From NCBI RefSeq assembly GCF_000002075.1, contig NW_004797297.1, positions 2,219,272 to 2,283,271 on the forward strand: a stretch of 64,000 nt of DNA. The letters are read 5' to 3'. The position numbers and the translations under genes were made by a program. This document shows, one piece after another, positions 50,940 through 63,025 of this stretch. The notes below the pieces were generated by a model that saw only the letters and a program-made list of their open reading frames with translations, made no database searches and was not told the origin of the DNA. The first letter of the stretch is position 1, and every line of letters begins with the position of its first letter. This DNA is from Aplysia californica. Taxonomy: Eukaryota.

Positions 50940-52054
50940 TATCTGACCTAGTTTTCGAAGGGACGCCCTCCGAGCTGAGTCCAGGACTGACCAAGCATCT
51001 CCAACTCCACTGCTCCTTGGCCTCACACGATGTCTTTTCAGGGGTCGGTGGACCGACAATTATTGGCCGTCGGCAGAGCCGGGAAGTCGTCCAACAGTCT
51101 GTTGAACGCCCACCTGCAGGAGGTTTGCCATCCTCTTCGGGGATTTCTGAAGACGAAACTGAGGGGAGAATAGATACAAGAAGCGAGGATGAATCTGGCC
51201 TTAGCCAGTTAAGTCACGTGACTTCGATCGTTATCTCCAAACTGGACCCGTCCCAGCAGCAAAATGTCACTCTGGCGTCGGTGACGTTGTTCGGTCCGCC
51301 TGTCTCCTCCGTCAACGCCTCTCTCACTGGTCAGATCGGGAAGTCCAGTACTGGCGGTGACGTGGCGTTTTTGGACCTGGACTGGGATTTCCCGTCTCAG
51401 AACGAGACTGGCGTGTACTACTGTGAGGTTTTCGCGTTAACAAATCAAGGGAAACCCATTTCTCGCTTAAAGCTTATGAATATTTCTTGCCTGTCTAACC
51501 CAGTCCCCAATACCCAAGTCTGTGGAGACATTCGGAAAACTGTTTCTGACAATCAAGATACAATTAGTAAATTACTTTTACGTTTTGAAGACTATGAACG
51601 TCGACTAGAAAATTTGACCACAGAGCTGAACATAGATAAAATTGCTTTAGAAGACTTAAATAAAAACATATCTACCTACGAAAACCAAGTCGCTGCATAC
51701 CAGAAAAAAGTAGAAGACTTGCAGAAAACCACTTCACCTGCTGTCAGCGCGCCGCCACTAGTGCCAGCAGTTCACGTGGAGGAAGGAACAGTTTCATGTC
51801 CATCTGGTGGAAGCAGCCACACGGTACGATTTTCCCAGCCTTATAAAGACATTCCCCACATACATGTCGGGCTGCAGGGCTTGCACCTGAAGATAGCAGT
51901 AAATGGTGGAGCCTTTTATGGGTCCAATCTGGAAATCAAAGACAAAGACGTCGGCGTAAGTGTCCTCAACAAATCCCCTCAGGGATTCATCGTCAATTGC
52001 GCTTTACAGTCTCACGAAACTGCACACATTTCCTGGATAAGTGTCGGACTGTAA
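50940..52054 (+). CDS. Exon 2: FREP-type IgSF domain + coiled coil + H-type lectin domain (VIgL-like secreted lectin, 393 aa spliced)
   Basis: The frame is open upstream of the called ORF to acceptor ctctcaag|TATCT. Ig motifs PGLTKHLQLHCSL, HVTSIVISK, AFLDLDWDFP..ETGVYYCEV. Heptad region DIRKTV...VEDLQK. C-terminal HVEEGTVSC..VRFSQPY..P...SPQGF..C..ISWISV resembles Helix pomatia agglutinin. Confidence 0.85.
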
Positions 52055-52549
52055 TTCTTCAGTTTACATTCTCAAATAATCTAAAATCAAATTAATTATC
52101 TTTTGGTATAATAATGATATGAAAGGACGATATTTGGGAATCCCCGCACATGTCTAGACCATGCAGTCCCGACTTATGACGTATGAATTTATTGGTGCGT
52201 TTACTGTCAGAAACTCGACGACCGTGAGAAAACAATTAACAACTTCCCCATTTTTGGACAGATCGGCACCAATTTGAAAGCAGTAAGGTTGTGTTTGATA
52301 TCTAGAAGCCATAGTCCCTGCACAAATTTGAAAAGGTCAACCGAGCATCGATGCATCAACCTTGTCTTGGAGTAACCCAGAGTGATTAGTGCCCACGTTG
52401 GTGTTTTCAGCACAGATTCAACGAGGTAGAAGAAACGTTGTAGTGTATTTGTAACTGTTGCTGTCGTCGCTCAGTTTGTTATACTGGAGGAGACATCAAT
52501 CAGACTCGGAGATATAATTAAACGGAGCATACTGCTTTTTTCACCTTAA

Positions 52550-54045
52550 TAATGTAAATCGAAGCACAAAAGATCTATATTTATGCTTCATATATTTTTC
52601 AAAGGCTTTCGATAAAGTTAAACATGATGAACTATTTAAAATGTTTGAAGAGTTAGACATAGATGGAAAAGAACTAAGAATTATCAAGGATTTGTACTGG
52701 GACCAAAACGATGCGGTGTGAATTAAAGGAAAATACAGCGACTATAAGCAGATTGGAAGAGGAGTGAGGCAAGGATATGTTATGTCACCAGTTCTCTTTA
52801 TCCATACTTTAAATCAATCCTTAGAAACATAACATTATGTCCAGGTCTCAAAGTGAATGGCGAAAATATTAATAATGGCAGATATACGGAGGACACAGTT
52901 TTAATAGCAAACTCAGACAAGGACCCCCAATCGCTTCTAGATACTGTTGTACCGGAAAGAAATGTAAAGGGTTACTGTTGAATATAAAGAAAACAGAAAG
53001 CATGTCAATATCTAAAAAAAAAAAACCCCAACAACTACAACCCCACAGCAAATCCTATTTGCAATCTCATAAGGAAAGGGGAAAAGATTAAACAAGTCCA
53101 ACAGTTTAAATATATAATATACTAGCTGGGCCCCCTTTCGATGAAAGGAATGATCGGTGCATTAACATCTACTGAAAGTCATTGGCCTACTCTACTGGAA
53201 TGGAGCAATAAATCTTGAGAGATGCAAAAAAATAGAAGTTCTAGATCTAGATCTATACTCTTAAAACAAAATGCGCCTCGCAAAATATCACTTCCGCACC
53301 GGGTATTTTAAAATTGCAGAGACAGAAGCGTCGGCCTACAAAAACGATCGGCGAAATAAAGAAATTTAGCTTTTTGCTGCAAAACTGTTTCAAAACTGAA
53401 AAAACGAAAGGCGTCATGATCTGGAGAATATTTTAAAGAATCTTTTGGCGAAAACGGCATGTCGATCGATGCTGCCATTAAAAAGCCTTTTGAATAGCAA
53501 AATTCGGCCACCACAAATAGATAATAGATAATAACATTTGATGCCAAGTGTTACACATAAATAAGAACATAATCCTGAAAAATAGAAACATATCAATGAC
53601 TACCAAAATGAAAGTTCTGAAATCCTATGTGTAGTCAACCCTTCTAAATGGCTGTGAATGCTAGACAGTCACTAAATACAGTTACAATAAAATAGAAGCA
53701 ACATAAATTAATGTTGTTTCTTAGAAGACCGCTGAGAATATCTTGGAAGGAAACGAAATTGTTTGAGGTTGTAGTTGAACTTGATGAAGCCCTCGTGAGA
53801 TGCTCACTGATTTAAATCAATTAGGAAAACACCAATGTATTCCTGAACATCTAGCTCTCACTGGCGAAGTCGAAGGCAAACGATGCAGGGGTAGGCCCAG
53901 AACAACCTACTTAGAGAATCTAAACAGATGGGTAAGGGGGGGAAATCAGGGTAATGTAGATTGTTTAAGAGCATCCCAGCAAAGAAATGAATAGAGAACA
54001 ATGATTGCCAATGTCTGCCGCAGATCTGCTACGGGATGATATTGA
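52550..54045 (+). mobile_element. Decayed RTE-clade LINE (RT domain to 3' end), interrupted by an insertion
   Basis: Frameshifted motifs LYLCFIxFSKAFDKVKH, RGVRQGxVMSP, RYxxDTVLIA, NIKKTE, KQVQQFKY, KMKVLKSYV*STLLNGCEC*T, GEVEGKRCRGRPR. Confidence 0.88.
53122..53528 (-). mobile_element. Non-autonomous Helitron-like element nested in the RTE
   Basis: Minus strand starts TC and ends CTAG. Hairpin cctttc-gat-gaaagg (53134-53148) lies 8 nt from the CTAG. Flanked by A and T with no TSD. RTE homology stops before and resumes after. Confidence 0.65.
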
Positions 54046-54114
54046 TGAATTAAAGGATAAGAGCACTGGAGAGGCGGCGTGCTACATTTCTACACTCCGG
54101 TCAAGATTCACACA

Positions 54115-54287
54115 CAGTTAACCCTGCTCTAACAACCACTTACTCAAGACAAAAGTACTGTACAATTGACCACTTCTCTGTTTGCCTTTTTCTATATTAT
54201 GAAGACAATGTCCAAGAGGACCACCTGTTTGAGATGGCCACTTTTCTCCTCGACAAAGAATAGTCTTATTAAAAACAGGTTTTACTA
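54115..54287. mobile_element. Short decayed Tigger-like MITE, same class as 19870-20645
   Basis: cagttaaccctg ... caggttttacta ends; internal gaccacctg/ggccacttt motifs. Confidence 0.5.
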
Positions 54288-55152
54288 CATTTATCTTGTC
54301 TTATTTCTAGCTGAGCTCTTTTTGATGCAAACTCAACGAAAATGGCTTACCATTGTACCCATATTTGCTGTGTATTTCATTAATATTTGGATTCAACTGG
54401 TGATTGATGCATAATCAACACAGATAAAAGTGATTTGGGCACCTCAGCCGTTAACCAGTGTACCATCCAGCCTACCACGCATAATATGTATACAATTCAA
54501 TCGCATCATGATTAGAGGACGAATAAGAATGACAAAGGTAATTTAATATAGTAAACGAGACCCTAAAATCAAACACTATCGTTTTACGATCATGCCTCCC
54601 GACTAGCAGTCTCTTTCTCTCCTCGACATCTTCTGAGGCATAAGTGGTAAACAAAAGTAAAGTACGTACAAAAGTAACTTGCATCGCTATTTTTCCTGTC
54701 ATACAGCACTCGTGCCCATGTACTAGACAAGTCTAAGGAGAGCAGCAAACATGGAATAAAAACCATGACCCCATCTTCAGTTATTCTATTTACTTTTTTG
54801 TCCCATGTTTTGTCTCTCCGTTCTTTCCTAATTAACATTAATTCTTGTCCTCCCTCCCACTCCCCAAAATGACTGTAGATCCATTACACCCAGGCCCTAC
54901 TGTAAATGAAACGGTCTGTGGGTGTTAGATCGATTCCTTTCTTTTCATTAGTGAGAATCAGTGTGAATATTGTTTTTGTCACGTATTTTGTAATGGTTTT
55001 GTCACTGTTTAAAACACTGCTGAATACACTAAATGTCAAAGTTAGGGTGAAGCACCTTGTGACCATACGCTGGAGGACCACGCATTTGGAGACACTTGAA
55101 TGAGAACCCCAACTTCTGTATGTTTGCCAAGGTCATATCCAACCACACTTCA

Positions 55153-55607
55153 GGGGGCTCTCGTGGTCTAGAGGTACGGAACTCGCCTTGCAATCAACAG
55201 GTCCCAGGTTCGAAACCTGACAGAGACAGAAACATTTTCTTCTATAAAATTTCTTATTTCACCCCTTTTCCTGCTCTGTCATCTATGTTCATCCTCACTT
55301 TCTGCCCCCCCCCCCTTTTCCCCCTCCTCTATTCCCGACTCCTTCTTACTGCTGTCTTTTAGCCCCCCCCCCTGACTATAAGGTAGTAAGATCTAACACC
55401 TAGCCTTCTCGGATAAGGGCGAAAAAATCTAGGAGGTCCCATTTGCAAGTTGATCGCATAACTAAGATCCCTAACTTGTTGATAAGAGTAGGCTTCGGCT
55501 GCCACCTGAACGAAATTCAAAATTGATTCCTACCAAACTGAAAATGCTGTATGTGTTCAACGCACTCATATGTCCTTATGCAGTTGCGAGGGTCATACCA
55601 AAACTTA
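55153..55607 (+). mobile_element. Full-length tRNA-derived SINE with Deu/Nin-like central block and LINE-type 3' tail
   Basis: Head gggggctctcgtggtctagaggt..ggttcgaaacc; centre ccttctcggataagggcgaaaa..ggaggtccc; tail ctcatatgtccttatgcagttgcgag. Colinear with the reverse copy at 63026-63511. Confidence 0.75.
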
Positions 55608-58600
55608 ACCCCCCCCCCCCACAAAACAACTGCACTTCACCCACCGGTATAGCTTCTGTGAGTTTCTTTTGGCCAAAGAGAACCACTTAAGCAACAAGAT
55701 GACCTCAGAGTTGTGAGGAAAAATAGACAGTCACGAGTGAGACAGGCACAGGAAGACAAGGAACCATCAGTCAGCCTCACACAAGGCGCAGAAATGACGT
55801 CATTCATGTTGTAACCCTGAACATCTTCTAGAGATAAAAACTGTAGACAAAACTGTGGCAACCGTACTTGGTAGTCATCCTCTCGATATAATGACACCAC
55901 GACTCTGACTCAGAATGAAATCAATTTGATGGCCCTCCCAGGAAAAAATGATTATCGAACACAAACAGAAAATATGCGACAATAACTTCTATTATTGTAC
56001 TTTCATTTTTACACTCCACAACACTGGCAAAATGAAGTTACCAGGGTAAGCACCGGGAGATATATCAGTACTGTGTGACCCCTGTCTCTTTCTGTAAAAA
56101 CGAAATACAACAAATTGAAACATCCATACGAACGCTTGAGTTCAGTTCAATTTTCTCCGCAGTCAAATTCCTGCACCCAAAATGTAATTTTCTGTTCAAT
56201 TATAACAGCATTCCAAAAACGATTTTTAAAATCAGAGATTTAGATTAGGTATAGTGAAGATAATAATATCATGATTCCATCATTATAATTTAAATTATAA
56301 TTTACCGTTACCTGTTACGAGATGGCTGAGAATTAATTGCTCCAGAAAATTCAAACCTGCCCGCAGGGCAACAAAAACTGTGCTCCTAAAGTAAAAAAAT
56401 CCACTAGACTTCAGAGAATCAATGTCATTTTCCAAGAATTTTGTTTTTTCAACGATCAAACACACAATTTTCGTTTATGACTGAGGAGACTAAAATAGTG
56501 TATTAGGTTTTGAATGAGAGAACATCATGAGTACGTGGTTTGTGATTGATCTCCGGTTACTGCTAATGACTGAGCAAACGCGATCAGAGCAGCCGATGAA
56601 AGGTTTCATTAATAAAAGTACTACATACCCCTCGTTTTGAGGATAGGAGTGGTTCTTCAATCACAGAGGTGAAGTGCGGTATACAAATATCAAAATGGCA
56701 AGCATACATTTCCTGTACGATCCTTCACTTCACCATATCCCTGCTCATGTTTTATAGATCTATGCATCTATGTATATATATATATATCAGTTGTTGTATT
56801 GCTGGGGCCGATGGGATTCAGAAGCTATTAGAAAGTGTTAATAAGAAATGTAAAGTAATCAAACTCATTTGGACATTTCATGATATTTAAGGCGAGAGTG
56901 TACGCTCGGTGATAGAATTGAAAAGTGGTTATAGTTTCAATGAATTTCTTTGCGATTATCGAAAATATAGTACGAGGGCAATTCTGAGAAAATGCCAGCC
57001 TGAAGGTCAAAACTGAAATACAACTAATTATCAACGAAATGACAATAGGAATGTAAATATACCATTTCAAACCAGAATCAACAAAAAGTAATTGATTTGA
57101 AAGATGTTTTTATTTTTTCACATTGCTTTCTATAGTACGAAGCTGTTTTTAACGGTCATTATAAAAACATAAATTTGAACATTTGCCCCTCACATTTTAC
57201 ATAAATAGGTTAAACTTCAGACTTCAGTAAGTATTTGGCTCAAGTGCATCAGCTCAAGTATTTTTCTTACATCTGTTTGAAGCAAAATAGGCTGGGAAAT
57301 ATTTTCTTAGATTTTCATCAACATTTCAGAACTTCCCGAAAGACGTCTGTCCATTATACAATTAAAAAAAAAGTTTTGTCACAAAGTTTATTTCTATTTT
57401 CCTTTCCGTTTCTGTGCATTCAAGATAAACCCTTCTTGAAGCCATTGTCAGTTTAACCCCACAATTTCCGATATGTTGAGAGATAAGTCAAATAAGTGTT
57501 ACGCACTGACAATAAATCTGCGTGACTGACTGACATCTCCTCACTACGGGCCATCTCTAAGTTCAAATAAGAAACACTGGGGGGGGGGGGGGGGGGGGGG
57601 ATCTCTCAGTTACTTTAGGATAATCACTACTTCCTTGATTAATTTAAGAAAGTGATTCTTCCCTAACACAATCATTTAGTTTTTTAAAAAGGCTTCTCTA
57701 TTGTATTGTTGTGGTGTATGAACAACTGGGATCTGCTAAATACAATACAAGCTAGAAATCAGTAGCCAAAATTGAATAACCATAAAGCCTGCAAATGAAA
57801 GACAGAAACTGAGGAGAGGAAACCCGAAAGTGAAGGAAAGCATGAATAGTATTTGCTGAAAGACCGAAGGAAGGGGGTGAAAAGGAGGGGTGGGGTGAAC
57901 AATATTCAGAAATATGTGCATTACGTAAAAGATTGGGGCTTTAAATAGACGGAGAGAGTAAGTAAAAAATTGTGGACCGTGAAACACATCCTGCAGCCAC
58001 CCTCACACTCCATAACTGTTAGTCAAAATTCTGAATGAATCCATTTTCCCTTATTAGACAATAATCAAAGCTAGAAAGTAGTTACTCACAGCGCATCCAA
58101 AATAGAATGGGAAAAGAACACTATTGACAGAATCTTATGGGCACTCATGGATAACAAAAAAATCTTTGATAGACGACCCATGGTAAAAAAAGGTGGAATA
58201 AGTCTCTGTCTTATGCAGAGGAGACAAGTCATAGCCTGTTCAGTCGATAATGAGACAAGTTGGCAGGTACTTCGTAAAAAGAGCTCCATCATTGTGAAAA
58301 AACATGGACAGAAGAATATTGCTCAAAAGAAAGATATGTTTGCTACCACAATAGAAGGCCTTCAATACAGACATTAATATTTGATTTTTAGAAATTGTGA
58401 ACTAAGACTCCCACATCTGTTGCTCCAGAAACAAAATCTCATCCAATTTGTTTGTTCAAATACCACGAACGACTGGAAGGTTCTCAGCTTTAGATATTAG
58501 GCTTTGGATTCAAAATCCCTACCAGGCACAAAGATCCCATTCTAAGCATTACGACCTCATACATTGCGTCAGTTGAGTACTATATTGTCTGAGCGACAGA

Positions 58601-59687
58601 GAAATGAGAATAATATGAAGCTTCTGTCAGTAAGAAGTCTATCCAGGTCAATAATATCACTGGTGATATAGATGAGGACGAGAAAGGTTTCACTTTTTCA
58701 AAGTCCAATAACTTTGAAGGGTACGAGCCCATTTTGGACTGATGAAAACAATGAAACAAGAACATTTTATAACAATATTAAAAGGTGATAAACGAAGTGT
58801 TAACGTGATCTTTTAATGGAGATTCTGAAATCTTTCCGGGCATAATTTGTGCTAATAAATTCCACTTTTACATTATGGATTTCAAGGAACCAATGTGATG
58901 CTCTGACTGTTTGCTAAAACAAAATTGATCGTTCATTTTTAAAATTGTAAATTTATATATTTTGACTCAAAATAATTATTCAGTTGATTTTTAATACATG
59001 TCTATCAACTTGTTATTTAAGTTGAAGCTTTCAAAAGCACTACATTGTTGATTTGGTAAAAGCATGCATTGTTTTCTGTCAGTCATGCAGTTAAAATTTC
59101 AGTCCGTCACACTCACAATAATATGTAAGATGACTCAGTTTGGATTTACTCAACCTTCATGTCTTTGGTAAGGATATTATGGCCCAATCATTCATATTCC
59201 TTTTAACAAAGAGCCCCCCCCCCTCCAACTTTCAGAGCAATTTGGGTTTATCACAAAGCCCCTGGAACACCAGGTTGACTCGTCCAAATTGCAATGATGG
59301 AAACTTTGTATACATCTGCTTAAAAACATAATAAGTCCTATGCTATAACAATGTTTATACTTAAGTTCTGAGTGGATTAAAATACCAATTGATTTGTCAG
59401 TTCGTCACATAATGGAACTGCTCAGGAGCCCTCAGTTAATTGAAAGACTTGGCTCTAACAGATTTTTTTCCACACCTACTTGGGGCATAAAGTCTCGTAG
59501 CATTGTCTTTAATACCCCTTCCCCCCCCCCCCCCCCAGGGAAGGTATACATAGTATCACATTGGCGGTAGCTAGTGGGAGTTCATGAGGATGTTAATATC
59601 GAACTCCTTGCTTTACGCGCCCTAGCCTTTACCACCGATTTACTCAGTGCTCATTGTCCACTTCCCCCTTGCCATTTACCCCCGAAT

Positions 59688-59880
59688 CCACATCACATTT
59701 TATTGACATCACAACATCAACATTTCATTACCATTCATTCACATTACAACATTTTGTTTACATCACAACATCAACATTTCATTGACATTTATTTACATCA
59801 CAACATTTCGTTGACAACACAGCATTTAATTGATATCAGTGAATATTATCACATTTCTTTTACGTCAGAACATTTCATCT
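59688..59880. repeat. Degenerate short tandem repeat (catcacaacatcaacatttcatt-like) upstream of the second GPCR
   Basis: catcacaacatcaacatttcatt occurs twice exactly, plus several decayed units. Confidence 0.6.
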
Positions 59881-60230
59881 GCATCGTATTTCACCCACTT
59901 TAAGCAAATAATTTACCTTCCTTCAGCAATCTCGAAAACTGCGTTATTTTATTATAACTGAACTAATAACAAACAAACATTGGTATATTTTTTCTACTAA
60001 ACTTGATTCACTTTCCATTCTTATTTCTAACGCCATATTATTTTCATGCACTTTTTTCCTTCAATCCAGATGAAACACCACTAAGCCTTCTTTGGATAGA
60101 AATAAGCCAGCAAAAATATCACATTTCATCGTGTCGACTGTATAAGAAATACACAAACTATTTTCGTTTCCCATTGCCTTAACTTGTTTCCGAGCCAGGA
60201 GGAAAACATATTTCTTACTCTCCTCCGACG

Positions 60231-61322
60231 ATGTCCGGCCTGAGTGTATCCACCATTGACAACGCGAGTATCTCTTCTCTTTCTCGAGGCGATGACCAGT
60301 CGGTAACAATGGAGACGGACTCTGCGCCACTCCCAGGTCTCATGAGTTACGAAGCTCGGAAGATCATTCTGGTGGTGAACCTCGCGGTAGTGGGCCAGAT
60401 TGTCGGCGTCGTCGGCATCGCAGGAAATGTCATCAACATCGCGGTCTTCACCCGCCAAGGTTTCTCAGACAGCGTCAACATCAACTTCCTGGCGCTTGCC
60501 GTTGGCGACCTGTGCTCTCTGATAACACTTCAGTGGTTTAACATCTGCGTCAACCCGTGGTTCCAAAAACTTGACCTGCCTTTCAGTCCGTTGGAGATCC
60601 AGAGCTTAACAGCCGGCTACCCACATAACTGTTTCGTGCGTATTACTGGCTGGATCACGGCCTTTGTGGCGTTTGAGCGATGTCTATGTGTGGTGGTTCC
60701 CCTGAAAGTAAAGTCGATCATCACCGTTAGGGTTGCTGTTTTCTTCAACGTCAGTGTGTTTGGTCTGTCGTTTCTTAGTATGCTTCCCGTCTACACCACG
60801 GCTTACTACGACTGGAAATTTTACCCTCAGTATAACAGATCTCTTGTCGGCATTCTATATACAAGCAATAAAAACTCGGTTCTTGGCATTTCTCTGTTCA
60901 TATCCGATTTTTTCGGACCTTTAACAGCTTTCGCCATTGTCATAGTTTGCACTGGTATCATAAGTATTCAATTACGTAAGAAAGCAAAATGGCGGAACGA
61001 CATTTCCGGCAAAGCCATAGTTTCCGGCGAGATTCCAGGGAAGGAGAAACGAGTGATCGTCATGGTGACGACCATCTCCGTCATCTTTATCACATGCTTC
61101 ACCCCAATGACACTGCTGATGACGGCCAGAGCGATGGTTCCAGGACTGAGCATCATTGGACGTTATGCCAACCTGAACTGGTCAGTGGTGTCCATCGGCT
61201 TCCTGCTGGAGACGGTCAACTCAAGCGTCAACGTCCTGGTGTACTACACAATGAGCTCCAAGTACAAAGAGACGGTCAACTCAATGTTGTCTTGTTGTCG
61301 GACTGGCAGAGGTCTAGAATAA
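60231..61322 (+). CDS. Intronless rhodopsin-like 7TM GPCR, AcCR-type; paralogue of 44487-45524
   Basis: 363 aa. Shares long blocks with the first receptor (EIQSLTAGYPH, WITAFVxFERxLCVxxPLKVKS, WKFYP, IIGRYAN, ETVNSSVNxLVYYxMSxKY). Confidence 0.92.
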   Translation: MSGLSVSTIDNASISSLSRGDDQSVTMETDSAPLPGLMSYEARKIILVVNLAVVGQIVGVVGIAGNVINIAVFTRQGFSDSVNINFLALAVGDLCSLITLQWFNICVNPWFQKLDLPFSPLEIQSLTAGYPHNCFVRITGWITAFVAFERCLCVVVPLKVKSIITVRVAVFFNVSVFGLSFLSMLPVYTTAYYDWKFYPQYNRSLVGILYTSNKNSVLGISLFISDFFGPLTAFAIVIVCTGIISIQLRKKAKWRNDISGKAIVSGEIPGKEKRVIVMVTTISVIFITCFTPMTLLMTARAMVPGLSIIGRYANLNWSVVSIGFLLETVNSSVNVLVYYTMSSKYKETVNSMLSCCRTGRGLE

Positions 61323-61558
61323 ATCGGAAATCAGAAAGGTAGCATGATCAAAGGTTGAATAAAGTAACAGCAAACTGATGCCCCGAGAAGTGACGGTCAT
61401 AAACAAAATCTCACATGAACAGATTAACAATATGAAGAAAAAGAAAACGATGAGAGAGAAAGATACTTGTGCTTTCGTGTGAGAGAGGACAGACAGACAC
61501 GCACGCACGCACGTGCGCGCGCACACACACACACACATGCGCGCGCGCACACACACAA

Positions 61559-61589
<31 letters not shown>

Positions 61590-61650
61590 CACACATACAA
61601 GAAAGAGAGGCAGATAGAAAGAGAGAAACAGATAGACTGATAGATAGATG

Positions 61651-61724
<74 letters not shown>

Positions 61725-63025
61725 GGGAGGGGGGAGGGAAAGAGAGAATAAGGGAAAACATTTAGCCATGCACGCTTTTGCACACTCTGGCTGAGTGGGA
61801 TACAATTTCCCACCAGAAAGGCGGATATTGGGTCTTCGATTTACGTCCACGGAACATATCTTCGTTTTCAGCAAGACCGAGTTATCCTACCCAGTATATC
61901 TAATTTTCGACTTTTAAGATCCTACATAGCCCAGATCAAATGCATGGTTTAAAAATTTCGCCTCCTACTTGGTTTTATTTGTTTTCATGGGGCGTAAACG
62001 TTAACTTGGATCCTTTTTGACAAAGCATACAAAAGCGTCTCTGTAGAAAATGGCGTACGCGTCAAGCACGAACGACTGGCACTCATGTCTCGGAATGAAT
62101 ACGAGACCATTCGAACTTTGTGAATTTTTTAAAACACAATGTGCCCAATAAACCCGTTTTAGCAATTTGAAAAATAATGTCGGTTTGCTTTCCTTCTCTT
62201 ATCAGCGTTTTCTATGTCTCCCCGTTTTCCCATCAGAGCAAGCGTCGCTACACAACAAGGTTAGCTGAAAAGTTTTAGAGTGGGAATGGAATTTGGCAAA
62301 AGTCACTGGACACGAACATAGAAATTATAAAATGATCTAAAACCATAATCTTCAACAGCATGAACCCTTCTCCTCCCTAAATTTCTCCAAAACTTCATCA
62401 GTATGGCAAGATTCCCTTCTGAAGTTATTCTCGTGGTTTTATCGTCCTCGTCCTGAGAACAGAAAAGAATGGCTTATCAAGCCCCTATAGCTGAACGCAA
62501 CCCGCAACCCATGCAGTGCACTTTTAATGATTTAATGAAATGACCTTTCAATAGTGTAATCGGATTTGGGGGGGGGCTCTGCCTCAATAATACTGCTTTC
62601 AGAATTTGTGTCCAGAGAAAAGGAAAAGACTTTCACAGCAGAATCAAAATGTGTTCTCAAGCAAAGCATGGTCCTTCCAAGAAGGAATTTTGAACCATCT
62701 ACGCATCTGCGAGTGTGCCACAATGTCTGTGTCCGTGAGTGTGTGCTTGATCTGACTGCCGTTCGGACGCAAATCCACGTCATTCTGGGGAATAAAGCGT
62801 ACGTTTTCTATACACAATACACCTCTCCGCTCTTTTGATCTCCACCTTAGAAACTGCTCTGGGTTTTGTGGGATCGAGTCCTGCTGAGGCAATGCGATGT
62901 TCTATGCACTGCGTGCTCGTTTAAGCTGTGGTGAATAAGAAGGGCCACCCACGTATCTTTGAGTTTTTGTTTTTAACCAAATCATGCTCATTAAATTTGA
63001 AAGCAATGTATGGAATTTGCTTTGG

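Noticed and set aside
51017-51019. ORF-track start for the 345 aa protein
   Set aside because: It is a TTG inside the exon; the frame stays open upstream to the acceptor at 50940 and includes the first Ig cysteine.
54420-55920. Several short minus-strand ORFs that might be a decayed gene
   Set aside because: No coherent frame, splice chain or family motif found.
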